A DNA stretch of 64,000 nucleotides. It comes from Treponemataceae bacterium. GTDB taxonomy: Bacteria; Spirochaetota; Spirochaetia; Treponematales; Rectinemataceae. The translations under genes were made by a program, and so were the position numbers. Under the pieces are notes generated by a model. That model saw nothing but the letters and a program-made list of their open reading frames with translations, did not search any database and was not told the DNA's origin. Within the stretch, counting starts at the first letter, position 1, and each line of letters starts with the position of its first letter. The stretch lies in the NCBI GenBank assembly GCA_963677895.2, contig CAXXGJ010000025.1, positions 288,001 through 352,000 of the forward strand. Direction: 5' to 3'. Positions 21,670-39,221 of the stretch are shown here, piece by piece.

Positions 21670-21954
21670 TTACGCGCCTTCAAAAACACGGATCGTCTCG
21701 CCCTTCGGGAGCCTGACGATCGCTTTTTTCCATTCGGCGGTGTTTCCGGGCCGACCCCTAAGACGCTTCGGCTTAGAAGCGACATTGATGATGTTGCAGC
21801 TGACGGGGTTGACCTTGAAGATCCTCCGCACGGCTTCCATCACCATGAGCTTGTCGGCTCGCGAATCTACCTTGAAAACATACTGGCCAGTCTCACGCAT
21901 GAGATTGCTCTTTTCGGAGAGCACCGGCTCGATCAAAATCGACTCATATACCAT
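21670..21954 (-). CDS. rplW: 50S ribosomal protein L23
   Basis: PVLSEKS, YVFKV, WKKAIV. Confidence 0.96.
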   Translation of the reverse strand: MVYESILIEPVLSEKSNLMRETGQYVFKVDSRADKLMVMEAVRRIFKVNPVSCNIINVASKPKRLRGRPGNTAEWKKAIVRLPKGETIRVFEGA

Positions 21955-21969
21955 TTTCGGTGCTCCTTA

Positions 21970-22602
21970 TCAGTTCGCGTAGAACTCGTTGAGCTGCTTC
22001 GCGGCCGACTCTAGGACGACGACCTTCCTTCCGTAGAAGAGATCGTGGGCCCTGAGCCTGTTGAACGAGAGGTAACTCAGCCACGGGATGTTCCGCGCGG
22101 CTCTCTTGAGCATGGGATCGTCATCCTTGAGGATGATGATCGTTCTCTGAGGAGCCTTGGCATCCACGAAGGGCGAGAGCGCCTTGATGAGATCCTTGGT
22201 TCTTCCTGACTCGACGGTGAAATCTTCAACCACCGCCAGAGTGCCGTCCTGGGCTTTCATGCTGAGAATCGTCTTCATCGCCAGGCGTTTCGCCTTGCGG
22301 GGCATCATGTAGGAGAAGTCGCGCGGCTTGGGGCCGAACGAGATACCGCCGCCCACGTACACGTTGGATTTCGTGTCGCCGTGGCGGGCGCGTCCGGTGC
22401 CTTTCTGGCTGTAGGGCCTTCTGTTGGTACCGTGAACTTCGCTCCTGTCCTTGGTGCTTGCCGTTCCGAGCCTCATGTTGGCGAGCTCGTTGTTGATGGC
22501 GTAATAGATTACATCTTCATTGATGGGAAGCCCGAAGACGGCTTCGGAAAGCTCAAGAGTCCTGAGCTCCTTCCCCTCGGTGGAAACAACTTTACTTTCC
22601 AT
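21970..22602 (-). CDS. rplD: 50S ribosomal protein L4
   Basis: [27 protein letters not shown]. Confidence 0.97.
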   Translation of the reverse strand: MESKVVSTEGKELRTLELSEAVFGLPINEDVIYYAINNELANMRLGTASTKDRSEVHGTNRRPYSQKGTGRARHGDTKSNVYVGGGISFGPKPRDFSYMMPRKAKRLAMKTILSMKAQDGTLAVVEDFTVESGRTKDLIKALSPFVDAKAPQRTIIILKDDDPMLKRAARNIPWLSYLSFNRLRAHDLFYGRKVVVLESAAKQLNEFYAN

Positions 22603-22616
22603 TGGGTCCTCCGCCT

Positions 22617-23240
22617 TCAGTTCTTCTTGATCGCTTTACGAACAAGAACATCGCAATTGCGCGGGCCCGGAAGAGCACCGCGTACCAAAACAAAACCTTT
22701 CTCGGCGTCGACACGGACAACCCTGAGATTCAAGACCGTCACACGCTCGCGTCCCATCCTTCCCGGGAGCTTGATATTCTTGAAGCTCTTGTGGGGGTAG
22801 GTACTCTGGCCAGTGGAACCCGGCTCTCTGTGGAACTTGGATCCGTGAGTGCTGCGGCCGCCGGCAAAATTCCAGCGCTTCATGACGCCCTGAAATCCCT
22901 TACCTTTGGAAGTGGCCGTTACATCGACATAGCGGATGCCTTCGAGAACCGCCACGTCCAGCTTTTCGCCGACCTGTACGTCTTTCTCGAAATCGCGCAT
23001 CTCGCGAAGAATCCTGGTGGGAGCGATGCCTTCGGCGAACTGACCGCCGTAGGGCTTCGTGACCCTCGTCTTCTTCTTCTCGTAGACGCCGACGACGATC
23101 GCGTCGTAGCCATCCTTGTCGGTGGTTTTCTTTCCAACGACGACGTTGGGCACAACCTGCACGACCGTTACGGGAATTAGTTTCCCCGTATCGTCGAACA
23201 CCTGGGTCATCCCAAGCTTTTTACCGATTATTCCGATCAT
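22617..23240 (-). CDS. rplC: 50S ribosomal protein L3
   Basis: GKKLGMTQVF, SKGKGFQGVMKR, PGRMG. Confidence 0.97.
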   Translation of the reverse strand: MIGIIGKKLGMTQVFDDTGKLIPVTVVQVVPNVVVGKKTTDKDGYDAIVVGVYEKKKTRVTKPYGGQFAEGIAPTRILREMRDFEKDVQVGEKLDVAVLEGIRYVDVTATSKGKGFQGVMKRWNFAGGRSTHGSKFHREPGSTGQSTYPHKSFKNIKLPGRMGRERVTVLNLRVVRVDAEKGFVLVRGALPGPRNCDVLVRKAIKKN

Positions 23241-23309
23241 TCGGTTCTCCTGCGTTGAACGCAGCCGGCACTAAGCCGGGCGTTTCGGCATTTCAGCGAG
23301 CGAATTCGC

Positions 23310-23615
23310 TCACTGTTTGATCTCGACATCCACACCCGCGGGAAGTTCAAGCTTCATCAGGGCGTCCATGACTTCGGGAGTGGGTTCCAGAATGTCGATC
23401 AGGCGCTTGTGCGTCCTCATCTCAAACTGTTCCCTGCTTTTCTTGTGCACATGCGGCGATCTCAGCACGGTATACTTACTGATTTTCGTCGGAAGGGGAA
23501 TCGGGCCCGAAACGCGCGCACCGGCGCCCTGGACCGTCTTCACGATACCGCTCGCGCTGTCATCGACAAGGCGCACATCGAAGCCTCTCAGCCTTACACG
23601 GATTCTGTCTTTCAT
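23310..23615 (-). CDS. rpsJ: 30S ribosomal protein S10
   Basis: [34 protein letters not shown]. Confidence 0.97.
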   Translation of the reverse strand: MKDRIRVRLRGFDVRLVDDSASGIVKTVQGAGARVSGPIPLPTKISKYTVLRSPHVHKKSREQFEMRTHKRLIDILEPTPEVMDALMKLELPAGVDVEIKQ

Positions 23616-23788
23616 GTGTCCTCCAAAGATCTCTTGCACATACGATTCCGGGCCGTACCCTGGCGGGCGCGCTCGATTCCATGTGCGGCGAGGCACAAGA
23701 GCCTCGCGGACCGCAGGGTTTCAGCCCATGCAGTCAAATACCCGCCCGCGGAAAAACATCACGCGAGCAGGTTATTATCGCAGAATAC

Positions 23789-23830
23789 AAATGGGCTGTC
23801 CAGTACCCAAAGGGGAAGGACAGCCCATTT
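23789..23830 (-). terminator. hairpin directly after tuf
   Basis: 13-bp perfect stem AAATGGGCTGTCC/GGACAGCCCATTT; only a short U-run follows. Confidence 0.55.
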
Positions 23831-23839
23831 TAAAACTTA

Positions 23840-25030
23840 TCAGACAGTTACTTCGACTACCTGTCCGGAAGCGACCGTGTGGCCGCCCTCGCGGATGGCG
23901 AACTTCAGTCCCTTTTCCATGGCGATCGGGTAGATCAGCTCTACGTTGATCGGCGTGTTGTCGCCAGGCATGACCATTTCCTTGCCTTCAGGCAGGGTCA
24001 CGGTGCCGGTGATATCGGTCGTCCTGAAGTAGAACTGGGGTCTGTAACCGGAGAAGAACGGGCTATGGCGTCCGCCTTCAGCCTGGTTCAGTACGTAGAC
24101 CTGGCCAGTGAACTTGGTGTGCGGGTGGATGGTGCCCGGCTTGGCGAGAACCTGTCCGCGCTCGACTTCTTTCTTGTCCACGCCGCGAAGCAGGGTGCCG
24201 ACGTTGTCGCCAGCGCGGCCTTCGTCGAGAAGCTTGTTGAACATTTCAATGCCGGTTACGACGGTGGACTTGTTCGGCTTGATGCCGACGATGTCTACGG
24301 TGTCGTTGAGCTTGACGATTCCGCGCTCGATACGGCCGGTGACGACGGTACCACGACCGGAAATGGAGAAGACGTCCTCAATGGGCATCAGGAAGGGCTT
24401 GTCGGTAAGGCGCACGGGATCAGGGAAGAAGGTGTCCATGGCGTCGAGAAGCTCCTGGATGCAGCCGGTGACTTCGGGATTGTCAGGCTCGGTCATCGCC
24501 TTGAAGGCGGAGCCTTTGATGATCGGAGTAACGTCGCCGGGGAATCCGTAGAAATTGAGAAGATCGCGGATTTCTTCCTCGACCAGCTCGATGAGTTCGG
24601 GATCGTCAACGAGGTCGACCTTGTTAAGGAACACGAGGACGGAAGGAACGCCGACCTGGCGGGCGAGCAGGACGTGCTCACGGGTCTGGGGCATTACCGA
24701 GTCCGGCGCGGAAACGACCAGGACAGCGCCATCCATCTGCGCGGCGCCGGTGATCATGTTCTTGATATAGTCGGCATGTCCCGGGCAGTCGATATGCGCA
24801 TAGTGGCGCTTCTGGGACTGATACTCGAGGTGTCGAGTATTGATGGTGATACCACGTGCTTTTTCCTCTGGCGCATTGTCGATATCATCGTACTTCATCA
24901 CCTTGTCGCCGAATTTGTGGCCGCAGTACATGGTGATGGCTGCGCTCAGGGTTGTCTTTCCGTGGTCGATGTGTCCGATCGTACCGACGTTCATGTGCGG
25001 CTTGGTACGTTCGAATTTCTCTTTGGCCAT
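23840..25030 (-). CDS. tuf: elongation factor Tu
   Basis: [33 protein letters not shown]. Confidence 0.99.
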   Translation of the reverse strand: MAKEKFERTKPHMNVGTIGHIDHGKTTLSAAITMYCGHKFGDKVMKYDDIDNAPEEKARGITINTRHLEYQSQKRHYAHIDCPGHADYIKNMITGAAQMDGAVLVVSAPDSVMPQTREHVLLARQVGVPSVLVFLNKVDLVDDPELIELVEEEIRDLLNFYGFPGDVTPIIKGSAFKAMTEPDNPEVTGCIQELLDAMDTFFPDPVRLTDKPFLMPIEDVFSISGRGTVVTGRIERGIVKLNDTVDIVGIKPNKSTVVTGIEMFNKLLDEGRAGDNVGTLLRGVDKKEVERGQVLAKPGTIHPHTKFTGQVYVLNQAEGGRHSPFFSGYRPQFYFRTTDITGTVTLPEGKEMVMPGDNTPINVELIYPIAMEKGLKFAIREGGHTVASGQVVEVTV

Positions 25031-25158
25031 ATCTAATTCCTCCTTGGCTTCGTCACCGGCTCTTCACGCAAAAACGCGGATGCCGCATGAAGATAGTCCG
25101 CCGGCATCAAAGCCGCCGGATCCTAATGCCATGAATATTCTTTTGTTAAGGCTTTCGG

Positions 25159-25187
25159 ATTATAAAAGAACTTCCAACGGTGATCAA
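25159..25187 (-). promoter_or_regulatory. sigma70 promoter for tuf
   Basis: TTGATC-17 nt-TATAAT in the intergenic region upstream of tuf. Confidence 0.7.
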
Positions 25188-25231
25188 GAGGCTACCGTTG
25201 AGATTGGCGGTTTTTCCCTATTTTTTAATGG

Positions 25232-27319
25232 CTAAAAGGGTTGCCGCAGGGTTTCATAGCTTTTAAAGCGCGCCTGGAACTGCGCCCGCCCCCTGCTCAT
25301 GGACCTCAATTCGCCCGCGAAACCGAAAAGACCGCGCATTGGCGCCTGAGCAGAGATCGTTTTCCGCCCTACCCCGTCCTCCACCGATTCTATCCGTCCG
25401 CCTCGGGTGGATATGGCGTTCAGGACGGGACCGAAGTGTTCTTCGGGGCATTCTATGTCGATTTGCATGATCGGTTCCAGTATTTCGGAGCCGGCTTCGA
25501 GCAGGGCCCGCCGCGCGGCCATGGCCGTGGCCGCCTCCACCGCGGTCTCCCCGTTTCGGCCGGTGCCGCCGGGAGGCGGAACCAGATTGACGATGGCGAC
25601 GCGTACCGCTTCCATCGGCCAACCCTGCAGGGGTCCCACGGATATGGCCGATTCGGCGCCGCGGCGGGCCGCGGCCATGAACTGGGGCTGAAGCCTCAGT
25701 CCCGGGGCGCTGGTCACTTCGTTATCCGTCCCGTCCCCCCCGGACCGGACCGTGATTTCGACAGAAACTCTTATTCTTTCGCCGCCGAAATCGTGATCGA
25801 AATCTTCCTTTACGGTAGCCTGCCGAACGAGCCTTTCCCGACAGTTGACCCGGGGGTTGCCCGTCCTTATATGAAGGCCGAATTCACGCCTCAGTCTTTC
25901 GGCGACGATGTCCAGGTGCAGTTCCCCCTGGCCTGAGACCTCGAATCGGCCGGTTTCCCTTTCCTCCCTGACACCGAGGGACAGATCCTCGACCGCGAGG
26001 GATTCTAGGGCTTGCCGGATCGCGGCGACGTCCTGGGCGCTGTTGGGTTCCATGATCTGGCTGACGACGGGTTCGGGGATTTCCAGAGGCTCGAAGAGTA
26101 TCGGGAAGGAACGTTCGCAGAGGCTGGCGCCCGGTTCCAGTCCCGCCGTCTTCAACGCCACGACTTCCCCCGCCCCGGCTTCCTTGAGTTCGGTGAGCGA
26201 TTCGGCGTGTATGCCGAATATTTTTTTGACGATTATGTCCTTGGATGAGCGGGCCTCGAACACCTTGCGTCCGGCATGGAGGGTACCCGACCATATTCTC
26301 GTCCAGGCGTAGTTGTCGCCCGCGCTATCGCGCAGCGTCTTGAAGACGAAGGCGGCGAGGTGGTTTTTTTCGTCGGGCTGTATCATCAGCGCGGTTTGGG
26401 TTCCGGGATTTGTTCCCGCGGGGACTTTCGCCTCGGCCGGCGATGGCAGAAGGGCGATTACGGCGTCCAGGAGAAAGCCTACGGAGCAGTCAACGAAGGC
26501 GGAGCCGCAGAGGACGGGGACGATGCCGCAGGTTTTCACCGCGCGGGAAGCGGCGCGCGCGAGCAGTTCGGGCGGGACTTCCTGGTTGGAGGCGTAGAAG
26601 GCGAGGACTTCTTCGTCCCGCTCCGCGAGTTTTTCAAGGAGGAGGGCGCGCGCGGCGAGCGCTGCAGTCTTCGAAGAAGCAAAGAGGGCAGCTTGGGCGA
26701 GGGGCAGGGTATCGCTGCAATCCGCCGATTCGAGATTCTCGTCACCGCTAAAGTAATGGGGTTCCATGCTGATCAGGTCGACGATGCCGAGCCATTTGCG
26801 TCCCTCGAAGATCGGGCTCTGGATGGCGACGGCATCGGGCTCAAGCATGGCGCGCAGATCCTGGACAACACCCAAAAAGTCGGCACCTGTCCTGTCCATC
26901 TTGTTTATGAAGTAGAGGCGCGGTAGTTTTCTGTCGGCGGCGGCCTTCGCGATGACCTCAGTGCGGGCCTGTACGCCAGACACGGCGCAGAGGGCGATGA
27001 CGGCGCCGTCGAGAATCCTGAGCGCCCTGTCGACTTCGTTTCCAAAATCCACATGGCCGGGAGTATCGATGAGGTGGACAGCCCTCCCCCTCCAGTCGAA
27101 GCGCACGGCGGCCGATTTTACCGTTATTCCATGAAGCCTTTCGACGGCCAGATAGTCCGTGGCCGTGGTTCCGTCGTCCACGGCGCCCGCTTCCCTTCTC
27201 AAGCCCGCGAGGAAAAGCATTTTTTCCGTGATAGAGGTTTTCCCGGCATCGACATGGGCGAGTACGCCTATGTTTCTTATGCTCTCCATGCCAACGGCGG
27301 AAGGCGGCGAAGCGTTCAT
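25232..27319 (-). CDS. divergent elongation factor G paralogue (EF-G2/ribosome-recycling type)
   Basis: AHVDAGKTS, HGITVKSAA, DTPGHVDF, NKMD, GQGELHLDI, ILEPIM; sits in the fusA slot between rpsG and tuf, but the domain IV motifs are not canonical. Confidence 0.85.
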   Translation of the reverse strand: MNASPPSAVGMESIRNIGVLAHVDAGKTSITEKMLFLAGLRREAGAVDDGTTATDYLAVERLHGITVKSAAVRFDWRGRAVHLIDTPGHVDFGNEVDRALRILDGAVIALCAVSGVQARTEVIAKAAADRKLPRLYFINKMDRTGADFLGVVQDLRAMLEPDAVAIQSPIFEGRKWLGIVDLISMEPHYFSGDENLESADCSDTLPLAQAALFASSKTAALAARALLLEKLAERDEEVLAFYASNQEVPPELLARAASRAVKTCGIVPVLCGSAFVDCSVGFLLDAVIALLPSPAEAKVPAGTNPGTQTALMIQPDEKNHLAAFVFKTLRDSAGDNYAWTRIWSGTLHAGRKVFEARSSKDIIVKKIFGIHAESLTELKEAGAGEVVALKTAGLEPGASLCERSFPILFEPLEIPEPVVSQIMEPNSAQDVAAIRQALESLAVEDLSLGVREERETGRFEVSGQGELHLDIVAERLRREFGLHIRTGNPRVNCRERLVRQATVKEDFDHDFGGERIRVSVEITVRSGGDGTDNEVTSAPGLRLQPQFMAAARRGAESAISVGPLQGWPMEAVRVAIVNLVPPPGGTGRNGETAVEAATAMAARRALLEAGSEILEPIMQIDIECPEEHFGPVLNAISTRGGRIESVEDGVGRKTISAQAPMRGLFGFAGELRSMSRGRAQFQARFKSYETLRQPF

Positions 27320-27350
27320 GATGTTTTAGTATAGATCGGATGTATTCAAT

Positions 27351-27375
27351 AAAAAAGCCGCCCGAAGGACGGCTT
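27351..27375 (-). terminator. second intrinsic terminator downstream of rpsG
   Basis: Minus-strand RNA AAGCCGUC-C(UUCG)G-GCGGCUUUUUU. Confidence 0.8.
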
Positions 27376-27480
27376 GCACTGCTTGGAAAGGGCGACGCTT
27401 ATGGCCAACGCTCGCCTGCGGCTCGCTATGGCCACGCGCGCGGTAGCGCGCGAGAGCGAACAAAGCGTTCATAAGCCAAT

Positions 27481-27506
27481 AAAAAAGCCCCGCATAGCGG
27501 GGCTTT
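27481..27506 (-). terminator. intrinsic terminator after rpsG
   Basis: AAAGCCCCGC-TAT-GCGGGGCTTTTTT on the minus strand, 16 nt after the stop. Confidence 0.85.
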
Positions 27507-27522
27507 AATTGTTAAAGTTCGA

Positions 27523-27993
27523 CTACCACTTATAGTGAGCGAACGCTTTGTTCGCTTCAGCCATTTTGTGCATGTCTTCTTTCTTCTTGATGGCGGTGCC
27601 GGTGCCGTTGAAGGCATCGAGCATCTCATCGGCGAGCTTCTCAGGCATGGCCTTGCCGCTGCGGGCGCGGCTGGCGTTGATGAGCCAGCGCATGGCCAGA
27701 GCCTCGCGCCTGGAGTCGCGAATCTCGATGGGGACCTGATAGGTCGCACCACCGACGCGTCGGGACTTTACCTCGACGGCGGGCTTGGCATTCTCGAGCG
27801 CCTTGGTGAAAACGTCGAGCGCCGGAACGCCGGCTTTCTGCTGCATGATTTCGAGAGCGTCGTACATGATGCGCGTGCAAGTGGATTTCTTGCCCTGAAT
27901 CATCATTCTGCAGACGAACTTGGTGATGCTGACGGAATTGTACTTCGTATCGGGCGCGTGGCCGCGATCGATGGATTTCTTTTTTCTGCCCAT
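27523..27993 (-). CDS. rpsG: 30S ribosomal protein S7
   Basis: EVKSRRVGGATYQVP, KKKEDMHKMAEANKAFAH. Confidence 0.98.
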   Translation of the reverse strand: MGRKKKSIDRGHAPDTKYNSVSITKFVCRMMIQGKKSTCTRIMYDALEIMQQKAGVPALDVFTKALENAKPAVEVKSRRVGGATYQVPIEIRDSRREALAMRWLINASRARSGKAMPEKLADEMLDAFNGTGTAIKKKEDMHKMAEANKAFAHYKW

Positions 27994-28010
27994 TTATTTC
28001 GCCTCTTTCC

Positions 28011-28385
28011 TTACGCCTTGGGCTTTTTGGCACCGTATTTGGAACGAGCCTTCTTGCGGTCTTCGACGCCGAGCGTATCTTTGGCACCGCGGATGATGTG
28101 GTAGCGCACACCAGGAAGGTCCTTTACACGGCCTCCCCTGACGAGCACGACGGAGTGTTCCTGAAGGTTGTGGCCTACACCCGGGATATAAGCGGTAACT
28201 TCGATACCGTTCGTTAAGCGCACGCGCGCGACTTTTCGCAAAGCCGAGTTAGGCTTCTTGGGCGTAACGGTCATGACGCGGGTGCAGACGCCGCGACGCT
28301 GTGGGCACTCATTCAGTGCCGGGGCTTTGGTCCGCCATGTGTTTGTCTTTCTGCCATTGCGGATAAGCTGGTTGATCGTCGGCAT
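28011..28385 (-). CDS. rpsL: 30S ribosomal protein S12
   Basis: [29 protein letters not shown]. Confidence 0.99.
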   Translation of the reverse strand: MPTINQLIRNGRKTNTWRTKAPALNECPQRRGVCTRVMTVTPKKPNSALRKVARVRLTNGIEVTAYIPGVGHNLQEHSVVLVRGGRVKDLPGVRYHIIRGAKDTLGVEDRKKARSKYGAKKPKA

Positions 28386-28498
28386 ATATGCTCTAGACTC
28401 CCTTATGTGGTCGCTTGCGCGTCAGCATCGCGCGGACCAGTTTCATTAATCGCGGGTTCAGAAAGCCGGAAAGTGCGGTGGCGCTTCCCAGGCGATCC

Positions 28499-28528
28499 AA
28501 GATACCCCTATAGATCAATCATTGTCAA
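28499..28528 (-). promoter_or_regulatory. putative sigma70 promoter for rpsL-rpsG
   Basis: TTGACA-18 nt-TATCTT in the rpoC-rpsL gap. Confidence 0.55.
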
Positions 28529-28593
28529 TACCGGCACCCGATCGATTTCCGGATGCCGGATCCTAAAACCCATACGTCCCGAGGGGGACTAAC

Positions 28594-32937
<4,344 letters not shown>

Positions 32938-32952
32938 GCTTCCCCCTAAAGG

Positions 32953-36450
<3,498 letters not shown>

Positions 36451-36613
36451 CCGTTACCCCTCCTGAAGCACGCTGTCGAAGCGCGCGGGTCATTCGGTCT
36501 GCGCTAGAACGTCGCCGCGCTGCTTGAACGCGCGGCACCTCACAATGAAGCGCAGCAATACATAAGAAACTTGCGGTCATCCCGAGGCACTCGCCAAGTG
36601 TCTCCGGAAAACC

Positions 36614-36664
36614 GCGCTTCCTTTCCCGACGCGGCGCTACGCGCCGCATCCGAAAAGGAAGCGC
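36614..36664 (-). promoter_or_regulatory. long hairpin in the rplL-rpoB spacer (attenuator or processing site)
   Basis: 24-nt arms with 23 pairs (two G-U) on the minus-strand RNA, followed by GGUUUU. Confidence 0.55.
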
Positions 36665-36767
36665 ATGGTAGAATCTGTGGACCGTCCCGAAGGCGCCGGA
36701 AAGGCGCGTATCGGAAGGCAAGCCAACCGGCCCGCCTCCCGACACAGCTTCGGAAAGTCGCGATGCC

Positions 36768-37154
36768 TTATTTGACTTCGACTGCTCCGCCGGCTTCGAC
36801 GATAGCCGCCTTGACCTTTTCGGCTTCTTCCTTGGAGACGTTCTCCTTGAGAGCCTTGTCTCCGGCTTCGACGAGGTCTTTCGCCTCTTTGAGGCCGAGA
36901 CCGGTGATGGCGCGAACGGCCTTGATGATGGAAATTTTCTTGTCCGCGGGAACGTTGCCCTTGAGGACGACCGTGAACTCGGTCTTTTCCTCGACGGGGG
37001 CGGCTGCTGCGGCGGCGGGGCCGGCTGCTGCGGCGACGGGGGCCGCGGCGGTGACGCCGAACTTCTCTTCCATGGCCTTGACGAGATCGGCGATCTCGAG
37101 AACCGTCATGGAGGCTACTGCGTCGATAATCTGATCTTTGGTAAGCGCTGCCAT
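36768..37154 (-). CDS. rplL: 50S ribosomal protein L7/L12
   Basis: [36 protein letters not shown]. Confidence 0.97.
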   Translation of the reverse strand: MAALTKDQIIDAVASMTVLEIADLVKAMEEKFGVTAAAPVAAAAGPAAAAAAPVEEKTEFTVVLKGNVPADKKISIIKAVRAITGLGLKEAKDLVEAGDKALKENVSKEEAEKVKAAIVEAGGAVEVK

Positions 37155-37318
37155 ATTATCTTCTCCTGGTAAAAACGCTGGATCACCCATACGGGCGATC
37201 ATATTCCAGACCGACAGGAACGGCAGCAATCCGAAGCCTGACGGTCAAATTCGCTTGATCACGGGTTTCGCGTCCTGCGCGAAACCCGAAAATCAAAATT
37301 CGCTCGAGCGGATTTTGA

Positions 37319-37864
37319 TTAAGCCTCGGCGGCTTTTTTCTCTTCTATGGCCTTGAGCACGCGCACCAGCTTGGTGGGAATCGCGTTGAGGACATAGACG
37401 AGGTTCTGGGCGGGACCGTTCATCGCCGACAGCAACATCGCGATGAGCTGGCCGCGGCCGGGGAGTTTCGAGAAAGCCTCAACCTGGGCGAGGTCCATGA
37501 AGCTCTTGTCCACCACGGCGCCCTTGATCTTGAGATTAGGGACTTCCTTGGCGAAACCAAGGAGAACCTTGGCGACCTCGTTGGAATCGGATTTCACGAA
37601 GGTGACAGCCGTGGGTCCGGAGAGTACCGGCTCCACATCGTTGGTATATCCCAGTTCCTCGAAGGCGATTCGCGCGAAATTGTTCTTGACGACGTGCAGC
37701 TCGGCTCCCTTCTCGCGCAGCTGGTGGCGAAGGGTGGTGATCTGCTCGACCGTGAGTCCGCGGTATTCGGCGAATACGAAGTCGCTTGAGCCGTTGATCA
37801 TGCTTTTCAGCGCGTCGATGGCTTCGGCTTTGGAGGACTGTATTTTGTTTGCTCTCATCGCCAT
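37319..37864 (-). CDS. rplJ: 50S ribosomal protein L10
   Basis: EYRGLTV, VVKNN, LSGPTA, SKLPGR. Confidence 0.95.
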   Translation of the reverse strand: MAMRANKIQSSKAEAIDALKSMINGSSDFVFAEYRGLTVEQITTLRHQLREKGAELHVVKNNFARIAFEELGYTNDVEPVLSGPTAVTFVKSDSNEVAKVLLGFAKEVPNLKIKGAVVDKSFMDLAQVEAFSKLPGRGQLIAMLLSAMNGPAQNLVYVLNAIPTKLVRVLKAIEEKKAAEA

Positions 37865-37868
37865 AGGG

Positions 37869-38555
37869 TTACCTCTTCTCGTTCTTGGCAATTACGACGC
37901 GTACGCTCGGCCCCATGGTGGAAGCCAAATATACGGAGCCCATGAAGTCGCCTTTCGCGTCGGCGGGGCGTTTCCTGTTGATCTCGTCGATGAGGATGGC
38001 AACGTTCTCGGCGATCTGGGCGGCTTCCATGGAAACCTTTCCGATGGCGAGATGGACGATGTTGGTCTTGTCGGACCTGAATTCGGTGCGTCCCTTCCTG
38101 AGTTCGGCGAGAGCGGCCTTGAGATCGTTGGTGACGGTGCCGGTCTTCGGGTTGGGCATGAGGCCCTTGCGGCCTAGGACCATACCGAGCTTGCCGACGT
38201 CCTTCATCATATCGGGAGTAGCGACGGCGACATCGAAGTCGAGCCAGCCGCCCTTGATCTTCTCGATGAGCTCGGCTTCGCCGGCATAGGCGGCTCCGTA
38301 CTCCAGGGCTTCCTTGACGCGTTCGGGCTTGCAGAACACAAGGACTTTCTTCTCGCCGCGGAACTGGTTGGGAAGAACCACAGTGTCGCGCACCGACTGG
38401 CTCTTCTTGAGGTTGAGCCTGACATGGACCTCCACGGTCTCGTCGAATTTGGCGAATTTCGCTTCCTTCACGAGAGCGCAGGCCGAGGCCAGATCGTATT
38501 CCTGGGCGGGATCCACTTTCTTAGCGGCTTCGAGATATTTTTTTCCGTGCTTCAT
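37869..38555 (-). CDS. rplA: 50S ribosomal protein L1
   Basis: [36 protein letters not shown]. Confidence 0.97.
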   Translation of the reverse strand: MKHGKKYLEAAKKVDPAQEYDLASACALVKEAKFAKFDETVEVHVRLNLKKSQSVRDTVVLPNQFRGEKKVLVFCKPERVKEALEYGAAYAGEAELIEKIKGGWLDFDVAVATPDMMKDVGKLGMVLGRKGLMPNPKTGTVTNDLKAALAELRKGRTEFRSDKTNIVHLAIGKVSMEAAQIAENVAILIDEINRKRPADAKGDFMGSVYLASTMGPSVRVVIAKNEKR

Positions 38556-38989
38556 TTCTTCAGCTCCGTCTCTACGCCCATGGAACGGGCGGTTCCAGCG
38601 ATGATGCGCATGGCGGCATGAATGTCGTTGGCGTTAAGGTCCGGCATTTTCTGCTTCGCGATCCCCTCGAGCTTGTCGAGCGTAAGCTTGGCGACCTTGT
38701 CTTTCTGAGGAATCGCTGAACCTTTTTCGATGCCGCAGGCTTTCTTGATGAGTACGCTTGCCGGAGGAGTCTTCAGGATGAAAGTGAAGGACTTGTCCTG
38801 GTAGACGGTGATGATCGCCGGAATCACAAGGCCGGGCTCCATGCTCTTGGTGCGTTCGTTGAACTGCTGGCAGAACATGGGCGCCGAAACGCCATGAGGG
38901 CCGAGAGCAGGACCAACGGGCGGCGCCGGAGTCGCCTTGCCGGCGGGGCACTGCAACTTTACGATCGCAGTAATCTTCTTTTTGGCCAT
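38552..38989 (-). CDS. rplK: 50S ribosomal protein L11
   Basis: [30 protein letters not shown]. Confidence 0.98.
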   Translation of the reverse strand: MAKKKITAIVKLQCPAGKATPAPPVGPALGPHGVSAPMFCQQFNERTKSMEPGLVIPAIITVYQDKSFTFILKTPPASVLIKKACGIEKGSAIPQKDKVAKLTLDKLEGIAKQKMPDLNANDIHAAMRIIAGTARSMGVETELKK

Positions 38990-39221
38990 AGCCGTTCTCC
39001 TTTTGTGGTGTACCCGGCCGCATAAGCGCCCGGGGTAGCGTTCCGCCTACGTGCGGAACTCCCATCTTGTGGAGTTTAAAACCCCTATCTGAGAAGTCTC
39101 GTCAAAGTCCTAAAGGACTTTGACGGTACCGCTTTTCAAAAGAACAAAGGATCGGAAGCCGCGCGAGCGACAACCATCCCCCTGAAACGCCTTTACGCCC
39201 GCGAAGAGGGCGTTCGGGTCA

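Noticed and set aside
25232..27319. Ribosomal protection protein (TetM/TetO) or pseudogene call
   Set aside because: Intact 695-aa frame, EF-G-like length, fusA position, and no TetM-type YSPVSTP motif
27347..27506. CRISPR-like or tRNA-like element
   Set aside because: Only two short repeats, both explained as terminator halves; no cloverleaf or regular spacers
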